Of a DNA stretch of 64,000 bases, positions 38,083-46,698 are shown piece by piece. The first letter of the stretch is position 1; the number at the start of each line of letters is the position of its first letter. The position numbers were made by a program, and so were the translations under genes. The notes beneath the pieces are model-generated. The model had not been told where the DNA came from, did not search any database, and saw only the letters and a program-made list of their open reading frames with translations. Source of the stretch: Steroidobacteraceae bacterium (lineage in GTDB: Bacteria; Pseudomonadota; Gammaproteobacteria; Steroidobacterales; Steroidobacteraceae); assembly GCA_035501795.1 (NCBI GenBank), contig DATJVL010000017.1, positions 3,750 to 67,749 on the forward strand, in the 5' to 3' direction.

Positions 38083-38811
38083 TTGATGCGCGCCCCTGAA
38101 GTGTTGTCTCTGCTGCGCGCCTGCGCGGCCGCGCTCATGCTTGCGGCCGGCTCGCTTGCGAGCGCGGCGCCGCCTGCGGGCGCGGCGCAGAAGATCGGCA
38201 TCATCGGCACCGGCCACATCGGGGGCTCCTTGGCGAAGCTCTGGGTCGAGTCCGGGCACGAGGTGCTGATATCTTCGCGTCATCCGGAGCAGTTGCGCGC
38301 GCTTGCCGCGACCCTCGGCCCGAAAGCTCACGTGGGCACGGCGCGCGATGCGGCGCTGTTCGGCGAAGTAGTATTGATGTCGGTGCCCTACAAGGCGCTG
38401 CCCGAGCTCGGCCAGCAGTTGCGCGCCGAGCTCGCCGGCAAGGTGGTGCTTGATACCTGCAACCCCTATCCGGAGCGCGACGGCCCGATGGCGGTGGACG
38501 TGCGGCGCGAGGGGACTGGCGTGGCCTCGCCGCGGCTGCTGCCGGGGGTACGCCTGGTGCGCGCCTTCAACGCGATCGGCTTCCGCGACCTGCAGCGCCT
38601 GGCGCATCGCGAGGGTGCGCCGGTTGCCATTCCGCTGGCCGGCGATGACGCCGACGCCTTGAAGGTCGCGGCGCAGCTGGTGCGGGATGCCGGGTTCGAG
38701 CCGGTAGTGGTGGGGTCATTGAGTCGCGCGCGCGAGTTCGACGTCGGCACCTACCCCTACACGCACGTGCTGACGGCCGACGAGCTGCGCCAAAACCTCG
38801 CTGTCAAGTAG
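38083..38811 (+). CDS. NADP oxidoreductase, coenzyme F420-dependent-like (Rossmann fold)
   Basis: The dinucleotide-binding motif is KIGIIGTGHIGGSLAKLWVESGHEVLISSR. The N-terminal 34 aa look like a signal peptide. An alternative in-frame ATG lies at 38137. Confidence 0.78.
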   Translation: MMRAPEVLSLLRACAAALMLAAGSLASAAPPAGAAQKIGIIGTGHIGGSLAKLWVESGHEVLISSRHPEQLRALAATLGPKAHVGTARDAALFGEVVLMSVPYKALPELGQQLRAELAGKVVLDTCNPYPERDGPMAVDVRREGTGVASPRLLPGVRLVRAFNAIGFRDLQRLAHREGAPVAIPLAGDDADALKVAAQLVRDAGFEPVVVGSLSRAREFDVGTYPYTHVLTADELRQNLAVK

Positions 38812-38934
38812 ACCGCGGCACCGAGGGCATCCGATGGCCGGCCGCTGCCTGCTCGGGCAGGCTCGCGCGTGGTCCGTTCCCCTTCTGCCATACAATCACC
38901 AGCCAGTTGCTTGAGCTCGGGGGTTGCGGTCCGC

Positions 38935-39513
38935 ATGCATCGATCCGCCGTCACCATGACAGCCGCAATCCGGCGCCGGACAGTGGCCGCCGCGCTGGCA
39001 GTGGCCGCGGCGCTGGCGGTCGCGGGATGCTGGACGGTACCCGTCGCCGAAGTACAGCCCAAGGGAGAGCCGCGCCTCGTTCAAGGCGGCATCACGGTCG
39101 AGTCGGTCAAGGACGCGACGCTCGTGCAGGCGGTGGATCCCGGGGCGCGTACCCTGGTGCTGGGCGCGCGGGAGGGCGCGACCTACACCTACAGGGCCGG
39201 CGCACAGGTGGATAACCTGGAGCGCATCAAGGCGGGCGATACCGTGCGGGCCACGGTCGCGGAGGAACTCACCGTCTACGTGTTGCGAGACGGCCAGCTG
39301 CCCGGGACTGATGGCACGCCCCGCACCATCAGCTCCGACGCCCGCGTGCTGTTGGTCGATCCGAGCTATCGCCTGCTGACGCTGCGCTACCCGGATGGGC
39401 GCGACGAGACCTTCAAGGTCGCCCTCGGCGTCAAGCTCGGCGAGATGGAGGCGGGCGACGCCGTCGTCATCCGCCCGCTCGAGGTACGTTCCGTGCAGGT
39501 GCGGGCCCGTTAG
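38935..39513 (+). CDS. lipoprotein of unknown function with two internal repeats
   Basis: The lipobox is LAVAGC. The repeats are VDPGARTLVLGAREGATYTYRAGAQVDNLERIKAGDTVRATV and VDPSYRLLTLRYPDGRDETFKVALGVKLGEMEAGDAVVIRPL. The start is ATG 38935 or 38956. Confidence 0.65.
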   Translation: MHRSAVTMTAAIRRRTVAAALAVAAALAVAGCWTVPVAEVQPKGEPRLVQGGITVESVKDATLVQAVDPGARTLVLGAREGATYTYRAGAQVDNLERIKAGDTVRATVAEELTVYVLRDGQLPGTDGTPRTISSDARVLLVDPSYRLLTLRYPDGRDETFKVALGVKLGEMEAGDAVVIRPLEVRSVQVRAR

Positions 39514-39531
39514 AGCGGCGGCCAAAGCCCG

Positions 39532-40572
39532 TTGCTGCAGCGATCCACCGCCATGCCCGCCACGGACACTGCCCGCAGAGCACCGCGCGCGCCGCCCGCG
39601 GGGATCTGGCTCGCGTGGCTGCTGCTGGCTCTGCAGCCGCTGGCAGCGTTTGCGCAGATCAGCCCCGACGAGGCGAACGAGATCCGTAATGCCATCGGCA
39701 ACCGCGTCGAGGCGCTCTCGATCCTGGCGGGGGACTACGGCATCACCGGCGGTGACTTCCGCACCACCGGCAAGTTCCAGGGCGGCGAGACCATCGATGC
39801 CGAGATGGCGGTGACCAAGCTGGGAGGCGCCGGTGACTTTGGCATGCCGCGACCGGTGGGCGACCTCGCTATCGGCTGGCAAGGCCGGCTGCAGGGGAAC
39901 ATGGGTTATATCGAGGCCACCAACCACCTGCATTCGCCCCTGCTCGAGGGCGACGTCAGCACGTTCAGGGAGTATGCGCTCGAGTTCGGCGGTGGCGTGC
40001 GTCTGTGGGTGAGCGACGGGCTGAGCCTCGCGCCCACGGTGTTGGGGATCTACGGCCATACCGTGAACGACTACACGGCGCACAGTCCCTTCATGCAGGC
40101 CAATCTTGCGCGCGCCATCGACATAGGACTGGTGAACTGGAGCGTGGATACCTGGACGCTGCGCCCCGCCCTGAACATCCAATACCTCATCACCTGGGAG
40201 CGCACGAGGATCAAGCTTTCCACCGAACCGGCCTACTACCACACCGAGAGTTTCAAGAGCTCAAACCCGAACCTCACCCTCAGCGGGGACTCGCAATCCA
40301 TCGCCAGTACGGTCGACGTCGATATCCCGCTCGGCGTGGAGCTCTTCGGTCACGAATTGCGCAGCGGCGGTGGTTTCGAGCACACGGATTTCTTCGGCGA
40401 CCTCAAGACAGGGCTCAACGTGAGCCACATCAACGAGATCGAGGGCCGCCTGGTGCTGGATTTCCTCAACCAGCTCTGGAAGGCACAGTGGATCGGAGCC
40501 AGCGCGTCCTACGTCTGGGGCACGAACTTCACCGGCTGGACGGCCGGGCTCGACATCGTATTCCGCTTCTGA
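39532..40572 (+). CDS. outer-membrane beta-barrel protein (solitary autotransporter-barrel-like)
   Basis: The product has a signal peptide ending LAAFAQ, alternating amphipathic strands and a C-terminal ...GLDIVFRF (terminal Phe). It starts 18 nt after the lipoprotein gene. Confidence 0.68.
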   Translation: MLQRSTAMPATDTARRAPRAPPAGIWLAWLLLALQPLAAFAQISPDEANEIRNAIGNRVEALSILAGDYGITGGDFRTTGKFQGGETIDAEMAVTKLGGAGDFGMPRPVGDLAIGWQGRLQGNMGYIEATNHLHSPLLEGDVSTFREYALEFGGGVRLWVSDGLSLAPTVLGIYGHTVNDYTAHSPFMQANLARAIDIGLVNWSVDTWTLRPALNIQYLITWERTRIKLSTEPAYYHTESFKSSNPNLTLSGDSQSIASTVDVDIPLGVELFGHELRSGGGFEHTDFFGDLKTGLNVSHINEIEGRLVLDFLNQLWKAQWIGASASYVWGTNFTGWTAGLDIVFRF

Positions 40573-40578
40573 GCGGCC

Positions 40579-40601
40579 CTGACTGCCGTACGCGGCATCA
40601 G
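40579..40601. terminator. hairpin between convergent genes
   Basis: CTGA-C-TGCCG tacg CGGCA-TCAG. It lies between the stops at 40570-72 and 40636-38. Confidence 0.3.
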
Positions 40602-40635
40602 TACGCGTTCCCGCCGCGCCGGAACACGCCCGGTT

Positions 40636-41055
40636 TCAGGCGGGTACCACCGGGGGTGGCTGCCCCGTCACCTGCGGCAGCTGCGCGTCGATACAGGCCC
40701 AGCTCGGGGCGGCGGCGGTCCAGATGGTCATCGCCGGCCGCGCAAGCTCCGGGTCATCCAGCGTTCCCGCCCGCACGAACACCAGGTGCGGGCGCGCCTC
40801 GGCCTGGCTCAAGAGGTGGGTTCCGCAAGCCGGGCAGAAGCGACGGTGCATGAGGTTGCCGCTGTCGGCTGTCAGGGTGAAATCGCGCAGCTCGCCGCTC
40901 AGGCTCAGCGACGCGCTCGGGAAGCATACGTTGACCGTTGCGCTACCGGCGCCGATGTACTGGCAGACCCGGCACCAGCACACCCGGGTCACGAGCGGTG
41001 CGGCCGTGATGCGGTAACGCACGGCCCGGCACAGGCAGCCACCGTCGATGTTCAT
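40636..41055 (-). CDS. GFA family protein (second paralogue)
   Basis: The gene starts MNIDGGCLCRAVRYRI at ATG 41055. It has CWCRVCQ...FCPACGT Zn-Cys motifs. Confidence 0.85.
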   Translation of the reverse strand: MNIDGGCLCRAVRYRITAAPLVTRVCWCRVCQYIGAGSATVNVCFPSASLSLSGELRDFTLTADSGNLMHRRFCPACGTHLLSQAEARPHLVFVRAGTLDDPELARPAMTIWTAAAPSWACIDAQLPQVTGQPPPVVPA

Positions 41056-41261
41056 GGCGAGCTCCCGGGAAGAGGGGAGCGACAGCATAGCCGGCTCGGG
41101 GGGAATGCACCGGGATGAAGCGGGCCCAAATCCGGAGCGTGCGTGTAAAAGTGCCCGCGCGAAGTAAGGGTGGGCCGCTCGGGAGCCCGCTCATCCGGTG
41201 CGGGATCAAGTATTGCGGGCCGCTGCTGAACGAGTCGTGAATGCGCGCGCTGCGGCACTCC

Positions 41262-41975
41262 TCAGTCACGCAGGCGCGCGCGCAGCGCGGCAACCTCGGC
41301 GCCGCTGAGTCCGATGCTGCCGAGGTAGGCGCGCACGCCGCCGGCCTCTTCCAAAAACTTCAGCATGTTGTAGGCGCCCTCCGGGGGACAGCGCACCGCC
41401 TCGATGATGCGCGCCGGGTCGGCGCCCGCGTAGCGGCGCAGGTATTCGGCGCGCAGGTTCTCGCCGCTCTGCGCGTAGTCGGCGGCGATCGCCTGCGGTT
41501 CGACGTCCGCCAGCGCCAGCAGCAGCGCCGCCACGAGCCCGGTGCGGTCCTTGCCGGCGACGCAGTGGAACAGCAGCGCCTCCGGGGCCGCGTGCGCGAT
41601 CACGCTAAGCACGCGGCGCAGCTCGGCGCGCACATGTGCGAGCACCACGCACTTCCACAGTTCCTTGGCGACGTCGCGGCTGCGCAAGCGCCATTCATCC
41701 TCGGTGTGCGTCAGGAGCGACACGTGCTCGAAGCGCACCCCTGGCAGTGCCTGCGGCACCGGGTTCGGGTCGCGCGCGGCTTCCTCCGGCCAGCGCAGGT
41801 CGAGCACCGTACGCACGCCGTAGGCCTCGAGCGCGCGCAGTCCCGGCAGCTGCAGCTGCGCCAGATCGTCGGCGCGCAACAGCGATCGCGGGCGGGTGCG
41901 TGCGCCGTCGGTGGTCGGGTGGTCGCCCAGATCGCGGACGTTGAAGAGTCCGGGGATCCTGAGGGGTCGGCTCAT
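41262..41975 (-). CDS. tyrosine-protein phosphatase (Y_phosphatase3-like)
   Basis: The gene starts MSRPLRIPGLFNVRDLGD at ATG 41975. It has the CX5R active site HCVAGKDRTG. The start overlaps the EamA stop (ATGA). The rest of track ORF 41262..42674 is an out-of-context extension. Confidence 0.85.
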   Translation of the reverse strand: MSRPLRIPGLFNVRDLGDHPTTDGARTRPRSLLRADDLAQLQLPGLRALEAYGVRTVLDLRWPEEAARDPNPVPQALPGVRFEHVSLLTHTEDEWRLRSRDVAKELWKCVVLAHVRAELRRVLSVIAHAAPEALLFHCVAGKDRTGLVAALLLALADVEPQAIAADYAQSGENLRAEYLRRYAGADPARIIEAVRCPPEGAYNMLKFLEEAGGVRAYLGSIGLSGAEVAALRARLRD

Positions 41976-42889
41976 GCGCGCGCGCGCCGCTGGCTCAGCC
42001 CCACACCGGAGAGAATCAGGATGCCGGCCAGTGCCATGCTTAAGGTGAGCGGCTCCCCGAGCAGCAGCCAGGCCCAGATGACCGCGAACAGCGGGATCAG
42101 GTAGGTGACGGTCGATGTGCGGGCAGCTCCGATCCGGGCGATGAGGCGGTAGTAAAAGACGAAGGCGGCACCGGTGCACAAGGTTCCCAGCAGCACGGCG
42201 CTGATCCAGGAACGCAGGCTGATGGGTGCGGCGGGCCAGCTGGCCAGCGCCAGCGGGGCGAGCAGCACGCTGCCGGCCACCAGGTTGGCCGCCGCCACCG
42301 CGCCGGAGGGGAGGTCCGTCAGGTAACGACGCACGAGGTTGATGCCGACGCCATAGCACAGCGAGGCCAGCGTCCCGGCGAGCGCCGCCGGCCACACGCT
42401 CGTGCCGGCGGTGCGGCCGCTGGCGAGCACCACCACGCCGACAAAGCCGGCCAGCAGCCCGAGCAGGCGTCGCGGGCCGATCTGCTCGCCGTAGAACGCG
42501 TAGGCCACCAGCGTGGTGAACATCACCGTGAGGGCGTTGGTGATGGCACCGATGCCGGCCGGCGCGCGCTCGGCGCCCCAGGCAAAGAGGGCAAAGGGAA
42601 TCACGGAGTTCACCGCCGCGATGCCGGCAATGCGCAGCCACAGTCGCACCGAGAAACGCGCCCGCGCACGCCACAGGAACGGCAGCAGGACGAGCGCGCC
42701 GAGCGCCAGGCGCGCCTCCACCAGCGGCAAGGCGCCGAACTCGCCCGCCGCCACCCGCATGAACAGGAACGAGCCGCCCCAGATGGCCCCGAGGCCGAGC
42801 AGCTCCAGCGTTATGCGCGAGGTGCCCTCCGCCTCGGGGGCGGCGGCTGGGGCAGGGGCGGGGGCGGCGGAAGTATCGGTCCCTGACAT
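41972..42889 (-). CDS. EamA/DMT family transporter
   Basis: The 305-aa product has about 10 TM segments in two EamA-like halves. Confidence 0.87.
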   Translation of the reverse strand: MSGTDTSAAPAPAPAAAPEAEGTSRITLELLGLGAIWGGSFLFMRVAAGEFGALPLVEARLALGALVLLPFLWRARARFSVRLWLRIAGIAAVNSVIPFALFAWGAERAPAGIGAITNALTVMFTTLVAYAFYGEQIGPRRLLGLLAGFVGVVVLASGRTAGTSVWPAALAGTLASLCYGVGINLVRRYLTDLPSGAVAAANLVAGSVLLAPLALASWPAAPISLRSWISAVLLGTLCTGAAFVFYYRLIARIGAARTSTVTYLIPLFAVIWAWLLLGEPLTLSMALAGILILSGVGLSQRRARA

Positions 42890-42985
42890 GGCGGACTCAG
42901 TGGCGCTTGGGGAGCGGCAGTGTGGCAGGCGCCGCGCCCGCGGCCCATCCGAAGCTTGCTCGGTGCATCGCGCGGGGGCGGCTGC

Positions 42986-44149
42986 TCAACGCAGCGCCTG
43001 CGCGAAATCCTCGGCCAGGTCCTCGGTCGCCTCGATCCCGACCGACAGGCGCAGCAGTCCGTCGCTGATGCCGAGGGCGCGGCGCTGTTCGGCGCTGAGC
43101 CCGGCGTGCGAGGTGGTGGCGGGGCGCGTGAGCAGGGTATGCACGCCGCCCAGGCTCGGCGCCACTGCGGGGATGCGCACGCGCGCGGCGAAGTCCTCGG
43201 CGGCGGCGACGCCGCCGTGCAGCTCGAAGCTGAGCACGCCGCCGCAGCCGGCGAACAGCTCGCGGGCGCGGGCATGTTGGGGATGCGACTCGAGGCCGGG
43301 GTAGTGCACCTGGCGTACCCGCGGTTCGGCGGCGAGGAAGCGCGCCAGCTTGAGGGTGCTCTCGTTCTGGAAGCGCACCCGCAGGGCCAGGGTCTTCAGG
43401 CCGCGCTTGAAGAGAAAGGCGGCATGCGCATCGAGCGCGCCGCCGAGGATGTTGGCCTTGTGGCGGATGCGCTCGATCAGCTCGCCGCCGCCGGCGACGG
43501 CGCCGGCCACGATGTCACTGTGGCCGTTGAGATACTTGGTGGCGCTGTGCAGGCAGAGGTCGAAGCCGGCGGCGATGGGCCGGAAGTTCACTGGGGTGGC
43601 GAAGGTGTTGTCGATGATCGACAGCAGCCGGTGCTCGCGCGCGAACGCCACGACCGCGCGCAGGTCGGCCACTTCGAGCAGCGGGTTGGTCATCGCCTCG
43701 ACGTAGACGGCACGTGTCGTCGGCCGCAGCTGCGCCGCCCAGCCGCGAGGATCCGTGGCATCGATGAAACTGGCGGCCAGGCCGGCCTTGGGGAATTCCT
43801 CGGTCAGCAGCTCGTACGTACCCCCGTACAGGCAGCGCTGCGCGAGCACGTGATCGCCGGCGGACAGCAGCCCGAGCAGCGTCGCGGAGATGCTGGCCAT
43901 GCCGCTGGCGCTCACCAGGGCGGCCTCCGCACCCTCGAGCGCGGCGAGCTTCGCGTGCAGCGCCAGCTGGCTCGGGGTGTTGTTGCTGCGCAGGTAGCGC
44001 ACGTCGTCGTAACGCTTCTCGCCCGCGTAGGTGTAAGTCGCCGACTGGAAGATCGGCATCTCCACCGCGCCGGCGATGCGCGGCAGCGGTTCGCCGGCGT
44101 GGACCAGCTGCGTCTCGAGGCGCGGGGTGCGTTCAGCCATGGGTGCCAT
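42986..44149 (-). CDS. PLP-dependent trans-sulfuration enzyme (cystathionine gamma-synthase/beta-lyase family)
   Basis: The product has TQLVHAG, an SATKYLNGHSD PLP-lysine motif and a C-terminal LLRLSVGIE. Confidence 0.9.
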   Translation of the reverse strand: MAPMAERTPRLETQLVHAGEPLPRIAGAVEMPIFQSATYTYAGEKRYDDVRYLRSNNTPSQLALHAKLAALEGAEAALVSASGMASISATLLGLLSAGDHVLAQRCLYGGTYELLTEEFPKAGLAASFIDATDPRGWAAQLRPTTRAVYVEAMTNPLLEVADLRAVVAFAREHRLLSIIDNTFATPVNFRPIAAGFDLCLHSATKYLNGHSDIVAGAVAGGGELIERIRHKANILGGALDAHAAFLFKRGLKTLALRVRFQNESTLKLARFLAAEPRVRQVHYPGLESHPQHARARELFAGCGGVLSFELHGGVAAAEDFAARVRIPAVAPSLGGVHTLLTRPATTSHAGLSAEQRRALGISDGLLRLSVGIEATEDLAEDFAQALR

Positions 44150-44199
44150 TGTCGTGCGGATACGTTACCGTGTCCGTATGTCTTTATGGGGAGGGACGC

Positions 44200-44988
44200 G
44201 TGCGCGCAGCCGTGCCGGACGCTAAGGATTCCACCGAACGCTTCTCCAGCCGCGTGGCCAACTACGTGCGCTATCGGCCGAGCTACCCGCGCGCCGCCAT
44301 CGAGCTGCTCGAGCGCCGCTGCGGCCTCGGCCCGGGCTGCCAGGTGGCCGACCTGGGCTCGGGCACCGGCATCCTGACGCGGCTGCTGCTGCAGACGGGT
44401 GCCACGGTGAGCGCGGTCGAGCCGAACGATGGCATGCGCGCGGCCGCCGAGCACGCCCTCGGCGAGGAGCCGCGCTTCCGCAGCATCAAGGCGACCGCGG
44501 AGGCGAGCACGCTCGCGAGCGCCAGCATCGATCTGATCGTCGCCGGCCAGGCCTTTCACTGGTTCGACGTGGCGCGCGCCCGCGCGGAGGCGCTGCGCAT
44601 CATCCGCGCCGGCGGCTGGGGCGCGCTGGTGTGGAACGAGCATCCGAGCGCGGGCAGCCGGTTCCTGAGCGACTACGAGGCGCTGGTGCGCCGCCATGCG
44701 CCCGAGTACGACCAGGTGGTCGGCAGCCGTGCCGACGCGGCGGCCATGCGTGAGTTCTTCGGTGGCGCGATGCAGGCGGCCGAGTTCCCCAACCAGCAGG
44801 TGTTCGATTTCGACGGGCTGGCCGGCCGGCTGATGTCCTCTTCCTACGCGCCCGAGCCTGGCCACCCGCAGCACGCCCCGCTGCTCGCCGGCCTGCGCGA
44901 GCTGTTCGCGCAGCACGCGCACGCGGACCGCGTGGTGTTTCCCTACGTGACGCTCGTGTATTTCGCGCCGCTGGCGGCTCGCACCTGA
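44200..44988 (+). CDS. class I SAM-dependent methyltransferase
   Basis: The gene starts at GTG 44200 after GGGGAGGGA. Motif I is VADLGSGTGILT, followed by DLIVAGQAFHWF. Confidence 0.8.
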   Translation: MRAAVPDAKDSTERFSSRVANYVRYRPSYPRAAIELLERRCGLGPGCQVADLGSGTGILTRLLLQTGATVSAVEPNDGMRAAAEHALGEEPRFRSIKATAEASTLASASIDLIVAGQAFHWFDVARARAEALRIIRAGGWGALVWNEHPSAGSRFLSDYEALVRRHAPEYDQVVGSRADAAAMREFFGGAMQAAEFPNQQVFDFDGLAGRLMSSSYAPEPGHPQHAPLLAGLRELFAQHAHADRVVFPYVTLVYFAPLAART

Positions 44989-45007
44989 ACGCTGAGCGGG
45001 CGCGGGT

Positions 45008-45790
45008 GTGGCCATGCTGACTCGCATCATGAACGCGACCCGCATGCTCAGGACGCAAGGTCCCTCGTACACCGCACGCTACGCCGGCCAGCGCCTGCTG
45101 CGCCCGCTAAGCACGCGGCTCACCGAGCTCAGGTACGAGCGGCGCTTCGGCATCCGCACGCGCGGGAAGATCCAGATGCACTCGCTCGGCATCCGCGATC
45201 CGGATGCCATCTGGTACGAGCCCACTTCCTATCCCGGCTTCTTCAACGCCATGCGCCATGTCGTGGTGCGCGGCGGCTTCGTCGACTACGGCTGCGGCCT
45301 CGGGCGCGCGGTGGTGGCGGCGGCAGCCTTGCCGTTCGCGCGCATCATCGGCGTGGAGCATTCCCCGCAGCTCGCCCGTCGCGCGCGCGAGAACGTGACC
45401 GCGGCGCGCCGGATCAGGTGCCGGAACATCGAGGTGGTATGCGCGAACGCGCTCGACTGGCGCGTGCCCGATGACCTGACCGTCTTTCACTTCTATAACC
45501 CCTTCGTGCAGCAGACCCTGCGTGCGGTGGTCGCAGAGATCGCCCGCTCGCTGCGCCAGACGCCGCGGCGGGCGTGGATCGTGTTCGCGTGCCCGTGGGG
45601 GATGGAGCCCTTGATGCGCTCCGGTCAGCTGATTCCGCACCACTGGCAGCAGCGCACGGTCGATGAGATCTGGCCGTGGTATCCGGCCGTGCCCGAAGAC
45701 CCCGACAGCAACCGCTACCGTGTCTACGCGCTCGACTCGACCCGCGCCGGGCCGGCCGCAGCGCCGCCCGGCGCTGAACGGCCAGGATGA
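45008..45790 (+). CDS. class I SAM-dependent methyltransferase-like protein
   Basis: The product has the Gly-rich motif FVDYGCGLGRAV, then IIGVEHSPQLARRAREN and VFHFYNPF. Confidence 0.7.
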   Translation: MAMLTRIMNATRMLRTQGPSYTARYAGQRLLRPLSTRLTELRYERRFGIRTRGKIQMHSLGIRDPDAIWYEPTSYPGFFNAMRHVVVRGGFVDYGCGLGRAVVAAAALPFARIIGVEHSPQLARRARENVTAARRIRCRNIEVVCANALDWRVPDDLTVFHFYNPFVQQTLRAVVAEIARSLRQTPRRAWIVFACPWGMEPLMRSGQLIPHHWQQRTVDEIWPWYPAVPEDPDSNRYRVYALDSTRAGPAAAPPGAERPG

Positions 45791-46668
45791 ACGCGCGCGG
45801 CGTATTCATGGGCCCGGGCGGGATACGCGCCGGCTGGCGCTTCGCGGCCTTCGCCGCGCTCTGGTATGCGGGCGACTGGCTGGTGTTTCCGCTGGCCTCG
45901 CGCGTGCACCGCTTTTCCGACACCGGGTTCACGCCCGAGGACCTGCTCGTCTACGAGAGCGCCGGCGCGCTCTACATGGTCGCGGTGAGCGCGCTGCTGG
46001 TGCGACTCGAGCGCCACCGCATGTCCTGGTTCGGCTTCAGCCTCGGCCGCGGCGTTCTGCGGCTCTTTGGCACGGGCTGTTTATGGGGCGGTGCCGCCGT
46101 GACCCTGCTGCTGCTGATCGGCTGGAGTTGCGGCTACGTCCGTTTCGGCGGTGCCGCAGAGCACGGGGCGCACCTGTGGCGCTACCTGCTGCTGTGGCTC
46201 GCGGCGATGCTCGTGATCGGCCTGGACGAGGAGCTGCAGTTCAGGGGGTATGCGCTGGCGAGTCTGACACGCGGGCTGGGATTCTGGCCGGCCGCAGCCG
46301 TGCTGTCGCTGGCGTTCGCCGGCGCACACGTGACCAAGCCGATGGAGACCGCGCCCGACATCATCAACATCGTGCTGCTCGGGCTGTTCACCGCGTACAG
46401 CGTGCTGCGCACCGGCAGCCTGTGGTTCGCCATCGGGTTCCATGCCGCGTTCGATTTCTTTGCCCTCGCGTTCTATGGCTCGCCGAACACCGGCAACCGC
46501 GGCCTGCCGCTGGCACACCACCTGCTCGACACACACATCGACGGGCCCGCGTGGCTCACCGGCGGCGCGCAGGGTCTGGAGGCCAGCTGGCTCTTGCCAG
46601 CGTTGTTGCTCTTGATGGCATGGCTGCTGCGGCGCGTGTATCCGGTGACGCGCTATCCGCACGACTGA
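45787..46668 (+). CDS. CPBP family intramembrane glutamic endopeptidase
   Basis: The product is multi-TM with EELQFRGY and FAGAH...FHAAFD motifs. It overlaps the upstream gene by 4 nt. Confidence 0.85.
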   Translation: MNARGVFMGPGGIRAGWRFAAFAALWYAGDWLVFPLASRVHRFSDTGFTPEDLLVYESAGALYMVAVSALLVRLERHRMSWFGFSLGRGVLRLFGTGCLWGGAAVTLLLLIGWSCGYVRFGGAAEHGAHLWRYLLLWLAAMLVIGLDEELQFRGYALASLTRGLGFWPAAAVLSLAFAGAHVTKPMETAPDIINIVLLGLFTAYSVLRTGSLWFAIGFHAAFDFFALAFYGSPNTGNRGLPLAHHLLDTHIDGPAWLTGGAQGLEASWLLPALLLLMAWLLRRVYPVTRYPHD

Positions 46669-46698
46669 GGCGCCGGTGGTGTCGCCACGCCCGGCTCG

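Noticed and set aside
39532-40572. Full autotransporter or adhesin
   Set aside because: The protein is only 346 aa, with no passenger-sized N-terminal domain. It is better described as a solitary barrel.
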